Shown here: positions 23,728-34,123 of the stretch, one piece after another | How positions within the stretch are numbered: the first letter of the stretch is position 1 | Layout of the letters: the number at the start of each line of letters is the position of its first letter | NCBI GenBank assembly: GCA_025594325.1 | Contig: JANHCV010000005.1 | Coordinates: 744,001-808,000 of the forward strand | Length of the DNA: 64,000 bases | Direction of reading: 5' to 3' | Source: Blastocladiella emersonii ATCC 22665 | Taxonomy: Eukaryota; Fungi; Blastocladiomycota | The notes under the pieces: generated by a model | The model's database searches: none | What the model saw: the letters and a program-made list of their open reading frames with translations, nothing else | Told to the model about the DNA's origin: nothing | Translations under genes and position numbers: made by a program

Positions 23728-25619
23728 ATGCCCAAGGAACAACCCCGCCGTTCCAACACCAAGTCTGCGCGCGGTATGCGTCCATCGCCGTCGCGCGGCG
23801 GTCCCTGCCCAACCGCAACTTACGCCGTGCCGCCACCAATCTAGTGAAGCCCACGTCGCCCGCCAGCGCGACCAAGACGACGCGCAAGGTCGCGACGCCC
23901 GCCCGCACCACCACGCGCACCACGCGCTCGGCCGCTTCCGCTGCCGCCGCCACGCCGTCCAAGCCGACCACGGCCAAGGCGACGGTCAAGAAGCCCGCCA
24001 AGGGCGCTACCTCGCCCGTCGCTGCGACCGCCACCGCGGCGCCGAAGCGCGGCCGCGGACGCCCGCCCAAGAACGCCGCCGCTACCGCTGCCGCCGACGC
24101 TGAGGCGCCCGCGACGCCGAAACGTTCGGCTCGCGCTGCTTCGTCCCGCGCTACCGCGGCTGCTACCATGGCGAGCTCGGCGACGCCCACGGCGCGTACC
24201 CCGCGTGCCGCGTCCAAGCCGCGCGCGCCGCCCAAGGTCATCGAGGGCGACTTCGCGACGCCCGCGCGCGCCGAGCAGTCGGGGATGCTGTTCGTGATGG
24301 GCAACGGCGACGGCGGGCAGCTCGGGCTCGGGCCCAACCGCAAGGACGCGTACAAGCCGTACCCGGTCGCCGCGCTCAAGGAGGAGCCCGTCGTCGACGT
24401 TGTCGCCGGCGGGATGCACACGCTGGCGCTGACCAAGAACGGGACCGTGTACTCGTGGGGCGTCAACGACGAGGGCGCGCTCGGCCGCGCGGTGCCCGAG
24501 GACGGCGACTGCGACGTGGCGGCGATCCCGGGCTCGGCCGAGCTCAACTTCGTCAAGCTCGCCGCCGGCGACAGCATCTCGCTCGGGCTCACGGGCGACG
24601 GCAAGATCTACGCGTGGGGCACGTTCCGCAGCGAGCAGGCGGCCGGCGGGCTCGGGTTCTCGGCGCAGACCAAGAACGCGACCTCGCCGCAGCTGCTCGA
24701 CCAGGGCGTGTTTGCGCAGCACCGGTGGATCGATATCGCGGCCGGCGACAACCACGCGCTCGCGCTCACGTCGACGGGCCGCGTGTACGGGTGGGGCAAC
24801 ACGGAGATGGGCCAGTGCGGGTTCCGCACGCACCACCCGAAGCTCGGCCTGACGCCGCGCCTGCTCAAGTTTGGCGGGCGCCGCAACCACAAGATCACGT
24901 CGATTGCGTGCGGGTCGTTCCACTCCATGGCCATTGACGAGGACGGCGACCTGTGGATGTTCGGACTCAACAACTGGGGCCAGTGCGGCCGCCACACGTC
25001 CGTCAACCCGTTGTACGAGCCGGCGTTCATCACGCTGCCGCCCGACACGTCGGTCGTCGCCGCGGCCGGCGGCGAGCACCACACACTGGCGCTGCTCGAC
25101 GACGGGCGCGTGCTCGCGTTCGGCCGCAGCTCCGGGTGCGAGCTCGGGCTCGGCGAGCTCGTGAACCTCGACCCCGTCACGGGCGAGCCCACGGCGCAGA
25201 AGATGTTCGCCACCGAGACCACGCCCGACGGCCAGGAGATCCAGTCCGAGATCCCCTCGCACATCATGCTCCCGACCCCGCAGCCCGCGTACCCGACCAA
25301 GGTCACCAAGATCGCCGCGGGGACTCACCACTGCATGGCCATCACCGACGACGGCACCGTGTACCGGTGGGGCACCAACGGGTCCGCCCAGCTCGGCACG
25401 GGCTCGGCCGCGTTCGAGGCCGACGACGAGGCCGAGGACGACCAGAGCACGCCGCTCGCGTTCGACTTCTCCAAGTCGGGCGCTAAGGGTATCGCTGCCG
25501 CGTGCGGCGCACAGCACTCGGTCCTGCTGCTGTCCAAGCCCGCCAAGAAGCCCGCCGCGGCCGCGCCCGCGCCGACGGCTAACGGCGACGTCGAGATGCC
25601 GCCAGCCTCGCAGTCGTAA
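23728..25619 (+). CDS. RCC1: Ran guanine-nucleotide exchange factor RCC1 (Pim1/Prp20-like)
   Basis: Basic N-terminal tail with an AT-hook-like KRGRGRP, then RCC1 repeats (GNGDGGQLGLG, AGGMHTLAL, WGVNDEGALGR, AGDSISLGL, AGDNHALAL, GGEHHTLAL, AGTHHCMAI). One inferred intron at about 23774-23843. Confidence 0.92.
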
Positions 25620-26939
25620 GCGACTGTGCGACCGACCGACCTTTTTGGATCATCCTCGAGCTCCTCATCCTCTCACCCCTCCCTTCCCTCCCTTTCTCTC
25701 GTCCACGACCACCACCTCCATCGTCTCCTATTTAATCAACACTGCGGTTGTACATCTCTCGCTTGACCTGGCTCGGCCGCGTCAGGGACCGCGACGGCGG
25801 CCATCACAGGCACGATCAGACGCCGGGAGGCGACGCCGCGCACGACGCCCAGCACGACGCCCACCACACCGTGAACAACGAAACGTGTCCCTGATGTTGG
25901 CCGCGGCGGTGCCGGCGGCAGAAGAGCGCGTCCGGGGCTGCGCGGCGCGCCGCACGCCTACGCGGCAGATCAGGGTTTTATCACGGTGAAACGGCGGTCA
26001 CGCGGGAGGCGGAAATCCCGCGGGACACGGCGATTGGCCCGTTCCGCTAAACACCTGCCGCAATATGGGCAGCTGTGGCGGAAGTGGGCGTTTCAACGTG
26101 CATGCAGCAGAGAAAACAAAGGCGTCACTCGCCGGCCGGCGTGTGGGCCCATCTTGCGCCTCATGACCACCGAGTCGGACGGCAGGCGGGCGCCGACGCT
26201 GCCGCCGCCCTCGCCGCCCCCTCCCCCGCGGCCCGCGGCCCGCCGCTCTCTCTCTCGGCCTTGAAAGGCTCGCGGGGGATGTGCTACGACTTGGACTCGA
26301 GTTTGCTCTTCTGCCTTCACGCTCTCCAACCACACGCACTGCGCTTCCTTCGGCAACGATGTACGTGCCGCCGCGCCCGCGCACTCGCTCATGCATCTCC
26401 ACCTCTTCGGCCATTGGCGCCAGCAGCAGCTTCCAGGGATCCACCAGCAGCAGCTCGGCGCAGTACGAGCGCACTCGACGTCGTGGCGGCCGTGGCGCCG
26501 TCTACCTCGCTTCTCGAACCTCGTCGTGCAGGCGGCGCAGCCTTGCATGTGTCGATGTGGCGCTTCGGCTGCAGCACCAGGGACTCGCCCATGCACTCGC
26601 TCGTCTACTCGAGCCGTCGCCGGCTTCGTCGTGCTTTCTCGCCGTCATGGCGACCGACGGCAGCGGCAGGACTCGCGGCCGACCCGCACGTTCTCGTTTC
26701 GGGGCCCATGCGCTTGCGAAACCACTCGCCTCGCCGGGTCTGCTCCGACCCGACCCGCCCCGCACGTTTCTGCAACGCTGCGTGCCGCCGCTACGCCACA
26801 CCGACTCGCCGCTGCTGCTGCTCGCTGGTCGCTGCTCGCCCTGCTCCGCCACCCACTCTCCCCTCTCCTCCCCGCTCTCTTCGCTCGACCACTCGCTGAC
26901 CATCTTCTCCTCACGCACTCGCAGTTAGACGAGCGCTTG

Positions 26940-26953
26940 TATAGATCATAGAC
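26940..26953 (+). promoter_or_regulatory. TATA-like TATAGA plus a TAGAC motif
   Basis: TGTATAGATCATAGACG lies 89 nt upstream of the ATG at 27029. Confidence 0.45.
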
Positions 26954-27028
26954 GTGGCGATCAGCAACAACCGATCTCCCCCTTTACCCACCACCCATCC
27001 CCACCAACCACACTCCACTCGTTCCAAA

Positions 27029-28585
27029 ATGGTGAAGCCGTCCGCCCTGACCGTCCTGTCCGTCGTTGGCCTCATGGCCTCGACCGTCGCCGCCGAGGCC
27101 GTCTACAAGCCCAAGCCGACGCCCACCGCCACCACCTCGGTTGTCGCCACCGAGGTCCCGACCCCCGCCAAGACCTACCCCGGCGCCGTCGTGCCCCCGA
27201 CCAAGCCCACCACCGTCATCCCCGGCGACTACTCGTACGGTGGCAAGACCCCCGCGCCCGTCGACACCCCCAAGCCCGTCGAGACCACCCCCGCCGAGTA
27301 CGGCTACAACGGCAAGCACGAGTACGACGAGACCGAGGACCTGTGCGTCGAGTACGAGGAGGTCGAGGAGGTCGAGGAGGACTGCGACGAGGAAGAGGAG
27401 GACGTCGAGGAGGACTGCGAGGAGGACGAGGAGGAGGACGAGGAGGAGGACTGCGAGGAGGACGAGGAGGAGGACGAGGAGGAGGACTGCGAGGAGGACG
27501 ACGAGGAGCCCGAGGAGGAGGACTGCGAGGAGGAGGTCCCCGCCCCCGTCCCGACCACGCCCACCGGCTACGGCAAGGACACGCCCGTCCCCGTCCAGAC
27601 CACGCCCGCCGGCTCGTACGAGACCCCCAAGGACACGCCCAAGCCCGCCGAGACCACCCCCGCCGGCGACTACGGCTACGGCACCCCCGCCACGCCCAAG
27701 GACACGCCCAAGGAGACCACCCCCGCTGGCTCGTACGAGACCCCCAAGGACACGCCCAAGCCCGTCCAGACCACTCCCGCTGGTGACTACGGCTACGGCA
27801 ACCCCGTCGACACGCCCAAGCCCGCCAAGACCATCCCCTCGGGCGGCTACTACGCGTCGCGCACCGAGTCGGTGATCCCGACCACCACCTCGCCCATCTA
27901 CGGCCCCGGCGGCGACTACGGCTACGGCAACCCCGTCACCACCCCCGTCCCGACCACCCCCGCCGGCTACGGCAAGGACACCCCCGCCCCGGTCCCCGCC
28001 CCGGTCCCCGCCCCGACCCAGCCCGCCGACGAGTACAACCCCGACGAGGACCTGTGCGTCGACGAGGAGGTCGAGGACGAGGAGGAGTGCGAGGACGAGG
28101 AGGATGAGGAGGAGGACTGCGAGGAGGATGACGAGGAGGACCAGGACGAGGACTGCGAGGAGGATGAGGAGGACGACGAGGAGGAGTGCGAGGAGGACGA
28201 GGAGGAGGCCGAGGAGGAGGACTGCGAGGAGGACGAGACCCCCGCCCCCGTCCCGACCACGCCCACCGGCTACGGCAAGGACGCCGAGGTCCCGACCGCC
28301 ACCACCCCCGCCGGCGGCTACGCCAAGGACACGCCCGCCCCGGTCGCCACGCCCTCGACCCCCGCCGGTGACTACTCGTACGGCGCCAAGCCCGCGCCCG
28401 TCGACACCCCCAAGCCCATCGAGACCACCCCCGCCGGTGCCGACTACTCGTACGGCGCCGTCCCCGCCCCGAAGCCCGCCCCCGTCCCCGCCTATGGCAA
28501 GACCTCGGAGGCGCCCATCGCCGCCCCCGCTGCCCCGGCTGCCCCCGCTGCCGACGCCGCTCCCTACTCGGCCTCGTTCTACTGA
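27029..28585 (+). CDS. Secreted extensin-like repeat protein with two acidic Cys ladders (paralogous repeats to 19679-21475)
   Basis: Signal peptide MVKPSALTVLSVVGLMASTVAA. TPAGYGKD, DYSYG and DYGYG repeats. Two Glu/Asp blocks, each with six Cys (EEDCEED). Ends in SFY. Single exon, 518 aa from the ATG at 27029. Confidence 0.88.
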   Translation: MVKPSALTVLSVVGLMASTVAAEAVYKPKPTPTATTSVVATEVPTPAKTYPGAVVPPTKPTTVIPGDYSYGGKTPAPVDTPKPVETTPAEYGYNGKHEYDETEDLCVEYEEVEEVEEDCDEEEEDVEEDCEEDEEEDEEEDCEEDEEEDEEEDCEEDDEEPEEEDCEEEVPAPVPTTPTGYGKDTPVPVQTTPAGSYETPKDTPKPAETTPAGDYGYGTPATPKDTPKETTPAGSYETPKDTPKPVQTTPAGDYGYGNPVDTPKPAKTIPSGGYYASRTESVIPTTTSPIYGPGGDYGYGNPVTTPVPTTPAGYGKDTPAPVPAPVPAPTQPADEYNPDEDLCVDEEVEDEEECEDEEDEEEDCEEDDEEDQDEDCEEDEEDDEEECEEDEEEAEEEDCEEDETPAPVPTTPTGYGKDAEVPTATTPAGGYAKDTPAPVATPSTPAGDYSYGAKPAPVDTPKPIETTPAGADYSYGAVPAPKPAPVPAYGKTSEAPIAAPAAPAAPAADAAPYSASFY

Positions 28586-28912
28586 ACGGCAACTGCGCTG
28601 CCCGACACGCGTCGTCGTCGACCATGATCGCCGCTGGTAGCATCGGTTTTGTTTGATCTGTCTTTCGTTTTTGTGTATCTTGTTTCTCTCCCTTGTGATT
28701 CCACTCGCGCCGCTCGCGGCCGCATCGTGTGATGTCCAACATGTATCTTTTGCTTCATCTTCTTCATGATCCTCGAACAGCCAGCGTCTCGCCTAAGGGA
28801 CGATTCTCCTGTTCGCTGTCGTTCGCTGACGAGTCGAGCGACTCAAGCGAGTTGCAGCGGATCAACGTCGCGGAGCCGAGCTTGGAGCAGGGAGCTTTGA
28901 GGCGAGGAACGC

Positions 28913-29620
28913 GTGGAGAGGAGATACGCGCCAGTCACGCTGTGGCGCAACGCGTACATCGCCCGCAAGCGTTCCAGCACTGTCCGACTGATTCGCCCGT
29001 GTGCTGCATGCGCTTCATTGGCTGTCAGGCCTGTTGCGGCTTCAGTTACCGCGGCAACAGCTTCGTCCAGCAACTGTACAACTGCCAAGTCGGCTGATCC
29101 TCCTGCCAAGTTCTGGTGATATCCATGGAAAATGCTAGACCACAGCGACGCGGCCGCTTCCTCAGACGCGCGTAACAAGCACTTGGTGGCCGCATTCTCG
29201 CGGCACAAGGACATCTTCTTGAGCGCGGTCAAGGCCAGCAGTGGCAGTGCGCGACCCCGTCTGCACGCCGCCATCTGGACCGTGATCTTGACCAACGAGT
29301 ACCTCGACCTCCGCGCGCTTCGTTCGACCTACTCGCCAAACTTGGGCCGTCTCACTCGCCTTGGTCCGCCGATCACGGCGATGGCCGAATGGCTTGATCG
29401 CTTTGACGTGTACCGCGGCGCCGTCGCAATGGCGTTTCCGTGGCGCGCCAGGGAGCTGGCCGACCACGTCCAGCATGCCGCCAAGTAAGCGGATCGACCC
29501 GCTTACGTCATTGAGTTCGATCACCTCGTCCGTCATCTCGCGGGCAGCGCCAAAAATGTACAAGCTGGCCCAGCTCACGCCGTAGCGACTCGCTGCTACA
29601 TCATACTTTATCATCTGTAA
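28913..29620 (+). mobile_element. Decayed gag-like ORF of a tyrosine-recombinase (DIRS/Ngaro-type) retrotransposon
   Basis: One reading frame interrupted by TGA (29117-29119) and TAA (29486-29488). It reads IWTVILTNEYLDL...EWLDRFDVYRGAVAMAFPWRARELADHVQH...YVIEFDHLVRHLAGS, matching my recollection of the W..IL.G..V.L / W..AW......F.FPHR..EL..Y / V...D..IR pattern upstream of RT in fungal YR elements. GC content is lower than in the flanking genes. Confidence 0.6.
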
Positions 29621-29866
29621 GAGTTTCAGTATGTACTTAGCACCCGTTGAAAATCTCAAGAGAACGCTCCGGTTCGTGGTGTGAAAGCTACGCGACGGGA
29701 GGGGACGTGTCTGGACCAACACGTGCCCATTTCCAAGGCGACCACTTGCTTTATGCGTCAGAGAGGCGTTCATATTCTATCTAGTATCTCGTTCTTCTTA
29801 AAGCGGCTGGGTTCGGCGGCCAAGCTTGAGCCAGCTCGTGGCCCAGTTCGTGAGCTTCGTCGCGCC

Positions 29867-30019
29867 GCGCACGGACGCGTTGTTCATGTCCCGTGCGCTC
29901 GCTCCCGCAGCCTGCTGACTCTTGCACAACACCGAGCCATGAACCTACTTCGATCTATGTAAAGATGCTGTCCATGAGCGACTTCAAGTGCTAGAACGGC
30001 ACGGTGTCGTAGTTCGCTC
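29867..30019 (+). pseudogene. Degenerate duplicate of the CDK20 promoter, 5'UTR and first codons
   Basis: Shares GCGCACGGACGCGTTGTTCAT, GCCATGAACCTACT and ATGCTGT(C/T)CATGAGCGACTTCAA-GTGCTAGA with 31011-31181. The copy has a 1-nt deletion that creates an early TAG, plus a further internal deletion. Confidence 0.8.
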
Positions 30020-31108
30020 ACGCTGTGCGCGCTCGAGGTTGCGCCACTTGAGGCGGTTTTGTTTCATTCCGAGATCCGAGGTCTATTGCAGGCAATCCGC
30101 TCAACGTGGCGGCGCATGAGCGCGAGCATCCGTCAAGTCTGAGCAGCTTCGGGAACCACATGGTCTTGAAGCAGCACACCCTCACCGCCGGCGCGGAGCC
30201 CAAGCGGGCGCGGGGCAGAAGAGCGGCAACGACTTGGATCGGATCCGGCCTACAATACATGTCCGCAACGTGGCGTAGGAGGGTCATGATCCTTCAGCCA
30301 GGGGCGAGGGCAACGCGCAGTGATCGACCCTTCCTTGGTCTGTCGTGAACGTGGCACCTGAGATCGTCACGAATGTGGTACAACCACAGTCTTCTTTTCT
30401 TTTGGTATACGCAGCACTCCTCGTGCTCGCTTTTGCTCCACGCGGGCTTTGGGGTTTCAATGAGCCTCCTTTTCCCGCCAATTAGCTCGTGATTTGTTTG
30501 TGCGTGCGTGCAGTTTGCCGATGGTTGTTCCGCGGCGTGTCTCGCACACGCGCGCGTGCGTGCGAGACGCGTCGCGCCACTCACCTGACCGCGGAGCCGG
30601 CTAATCTACCGTGCCGCCCCGCACGCCGCCCGGTACCATCGCGACCTGCCTCACGACAACGCCATGCATACATGCACGAGTCGATGACCGTGTTAAACGT
30701 GATGTGTATTCAAAGAGGGGCTGCGTGCGAGGAACGGCGGGACTCGTCCTACGCCGCCAAACCCGACCCCGACCAAATCCGCCTCGTCCGCTCCCGCTAC
30801 CCTGGCGGTGTAAGAGAGCAATCTTGATGAGCGTCGCAGTTCCTCCACTCAGGTCGCGACCCGGGCGCGCCTCCTGGAGCATGCGGACAAGGTCCGTGAA
30901 GCCAACGGCGGCGAGCTCCGTGACGCACCCCAACTTTTCAGGCATCCGCGCGGCTCGCAACCGTTTCTCGCAAAAAGTGGGCGAGCGCCACGCTTAGGCC
31001 GGTCGCGGTGGCGCACGGACGCGTTGTTCATTGCGCGTGATCTCGCTCCCACGGGACAATGTCAGCAACCATCGCGCGAGCCATGAACCTACTGCAACTT
31101 CCGCAAAA

Positions 31109-32118
31109 ATGCTGTTCATGAGCGACTTCAAAGTGCTAGAGCGTCTCGGCGAAGGCGCACACGGCGTCGTGGTCCGCGCTCGCGAGCTGTCCACAGGCCG
31201 CACCGTGGCGCTCAAGAAAGTCGGCGTGAAGCCGCACCAGACGCTGCCACTGGCCATCTTCCGCGAGATCAAGGCGCTGCAGCACCTGGACCACCCGAAC
31301 ATTATCGCGCTCGACCACGTCTTTGCGCACGGCAGCGCGTTTACGCTGTGCTTTGAGTACCTTCCGCGCGACCTCGCGGGCCTCATCAAGTCGACCCCCT
31401 CAAAGCTTCCGGCGCTGCACGTCAAGACGTGGATGCACATGCTGCTGTCGGGCGTCGAGCACATGCATGCGGTCGGCATCGTGCACCGCGACCTCAAGCC
31501 GGCGAACCTGCTCATCACGGCCGCGGGCACGCTCAAGATTGCCGATTTCGGCCAGGCGCGGCTGCTCCCCCTAGACTCGGACCCACCCGAAGTGCGATCC
31601 GCGCCGCTCAGCCACCAGGTCGCGACGCGGTGGTACCGGGCGCCCGAGCTGCTGTACGGGGCGCGGCACTACACGCACGCCGTCGACCAGTGGGCCGTCG
31701 GGTGCATCTTTGCCGAGCTGCTCAACGGCGCGCCGCTGTTCCCCGGGCAGAACGATATCGATCAGCTGTACGTCGTCCTGTGCTCGCTCGGCACGCCCGA
31801 GGATGACGAGTGGCCGGTCCGTTTACGTGCAGACTGAGGTGTGGGAGGCTGTGAACTGACGAGCGCGTGGGAGTGTAGGATCGCACGTCGCTGCCCGACT
31901 ACCACAAGATCCACTTCCCGCCCTTCCCGAAGAAGAGCATGGCGGACCTGGTGCCCGACGTATCGCCGACGACGCTCGACCTCGTGTCGCGGTTCCTCGC
32001 GTACGACGGGCGGCGGCGCATCTCGGCGACGGCGGCGCTCGCACACGCCTACTTTGACACGCCGCCGTTCCCGTGCGACGTGACCATGAACCCGCTGCCA
32101 ATGGACATGTTTTCGTAA
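31109..32118 (+). CDS. CDK20: Cyclin-dependent kinase 20 (CCRK/LF2-like)
   Basis: LGEGAHGVV, VALKKV, HRDLKPANLL, DFGQAR, SHQVATRWYRAPELLYGARHY and ELLNGAPLFPGQNDIDQL are typical of CDK20. One intron at about 31818-31879. Confidence 0.9.
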
Positions 32119-32154
32119 GAGAAGAGAGACTGCGTGTATTCTGTGTGCGCGCGC

Positions 32155-33699
32155 TCATCGCGTCGCGGACGCGGCGCCGGGCAGCGGCGGGATGGGCGGG
32201 ACCTTGGGCCGGCGACGACGCGGCCGCGTCTCACCACCGTCGTCGTCAGTCATCTCGGCGTCGTCCTCGTTCTCAAACTCCGAATCCTGCGACTCGTCCG
32301 TCTCCTCCTCCTCGTCGTCCTCGTCGTCCTCGTGCTCGGCGTCCCACTTGGCGCGGGCGAGGGCCTCCTTCATGTTGTAGTGCTGCGCGCGCATCATGGC
32401 GAACTTGCGCTTGCGGTCGGCGGCCTCGGGGTCGTTCTCGTCGTCCTCGGACTCGGACGAGTCGCCGCCACTTGCGCCCGCGGATCCACGCCGGCCACGC
32501 GCCGCGTCGTGTCCGTCGTCGCTCCACCCGCCGTCTGAGTCGGCGCTCGACGGCACGCGGTTACCACCCGCGATCGCGGACGGGACGAGGTCAGCGGACC
32601 CGAGATCCATGGCCTCGGCGAGCTCGAGCGGGGGCACGCCGCCGAGGGCGTCGAGGTCCTCCATGGACGTGTCGTGGTGGACGTAGGGGGTCTTGGGCTC
32701 GTCGATCTTCATGCGGGTGCCGCGCTCGGCGTCGTGCAGGCGGATCGTCTCCTCGTCCCACCGCAGGTGCGAGGAGGAGCGGTCAAAGGACCGGCCCGAC
32801 TTGAGGATCGGGCGCGGCGCGTGGAACCCGTTGGTGTAGTCGCGGTCGCGGTCGCGCGACGGGGAGCGGCTCATGGTGGTGGTAAGGTCGAGGGACGGGG
32901 AGGGGTCCGTGGCGGTGATGATGTGCACGGTGAAGGACGGCTGGCGGGTGCGCGGCGGCTTGAGGATACCCTTGAGCGGCTTCTGCGACTGCGTGTCGGG
33001 GTTCGGGTCGCTGGTGGTACTGCTGGTGCGGCGTCGAGTAGAACGCGTCGAGGTCGAGGACGCGGCGCGCTCGAGGGGCTTGGGCGGGAACTCGACGGAC
33101 GCGAGCAGGCGGATCGACGAGGTCTCGGAGCGCGGCGACGGCAGCAGCACGTCGGCGGCGAGGGCGAGGGTGGCCGAGTTGGCGGCAAAGAGGTCGGCGA
33201 TCGACGTCGGGGCTGGGCCGGCGGTTGCGGGGAGCGGCAGCAGCGGGTCGATGCGTAGCGGTTGCAGCGAGTGGTGCGTCGTCGGTGCGTCGCGTTCGTC
33301 CGCTGCAGTATGCGGGTGGGGAGAGTGGAGGGCGAGCGGCGGCACGTCGCGTTGGTCATTCGCCGGCTGCGAGGGCGTGAGCGGAGGTGGCGGTGGCGAA
33401 GGTTCGGCGCCGGCGCTAACTTTGTCGGTCTCCCGCACCACCGTGCCCGTCTCCGTTCCCTTGGGCGACGGTGATGGCGCAGCAGCAGCGGCAGCAGCGC
33501 TCGGGAGCAGCCGCGGCGAAGTCCGCGCCGAGGATCGCCGGCGGAACAGGACCTTGTGCAGGAACGACGAGACGTGGCGCGCCCACGGGAAGCGGCGGCG
33601 GCGGCCGGTGCCCGATCGGACCGAGCCCGGCGGCGAGGGCGACGACGATGGCGGGGCGGCCGGGGCAGCGACCATGGCGATCACGGCGGGATCAGACAC
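32155..33699 (-). CDS. PPP1R2: Protein phosphatase 1 inhibitor-2 (Glc8-like) with a long N-terminal extension
   Basis: SILK-type KGILK, HLRWDE, MKIDEPKTPY and RKFAMMRAQHYNM, plus an acidic tail. The true start codon is uncertain. Confidence 0.85.
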   Translation of the reverse strand: MSDPAVIAMVAAPAAPPSSSPSPPGSVRSGTGRRRRFPWARHVSSFLHKVLFRRRSSARTSPRLLPSAAAAAAAPSPSPKGTETGTVVRETDKVSAGAEPSPPPPPLTPSQPANDQRDVPPLALHSPHPHTAADERDAPTTHHSLQPLRIDPLLPLPATAGPAPTSIADLFAANSATLALAADVLLPSPRSETSSIRLLASVEFPPKPLERAASSTSTRSTRRRTSSTTSDPNPDTQSQKPLKGILKPPRTRQPSFTVHIITATDPSPSLDLTTTMSRSPSRDRDRDYTNGFHAPRPILKSGRSFDRSSSHLRWDEETIRLHDAERGTRMKIDEPKTPYVHHDTSMEDLDALGGVPPLELAEAMDLGSADLVPSAIAGGNRVPSSADSDGGWSDDGHDAARGRRGSAGASGGDSSESEDDENDPEAADRKRKFAMMRAQHYNMKEALARAKWDAEHEDDEDDEEEETDESQDSEFENEDDAEMTDDDGGETRPRRRRPKVPPIPPLPGAASATR

Positions 33700-34123
33700 A
33701 GACGGGACAGAGCGCGGGGCCCGCGAGGAGAGCGAGCACGGCCTTCACACCGCCGCCGTGTCCGTTGTTGTCGACGGACGGCCGCCATCGCACCCACCCT
33801 CCCTCCCTGGGTGCCGACGCGAGCGAGCGGTGGAGGGGAGAGGGTGGCGTCGAACCCGCGTCGTCAGTGCGGCGACGCCACACTCGCGCACGCTGAAAAT
33901 CACCGGATACGCCCGAAAACCCGCATTCGGATACCCGCACGTGCCCTCACGGCGCGGTTTTGGGGCGGATCCGCTCTTGTTGTGTGGCCGTTCGTGCCGT
34001 GTCGGTCGCGCGCCGCCGCCGCCGCCGTGCCCGCCGGCCCTCACTTCCGCGGCCTGTTTCCGTCTAACAAGGTCCGCCGTGAGCTGATCGACTACCCGCC
34101 GCACCGCCTCCACCATCTCCACC

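Noticed and set aside
25620-26930. ORFs of 150-270 aa upstream of the acidic repeat gene
   Set aside because: Low-complexity translations with no motifs on either strand. Treated as intergenic or promoter sequence.
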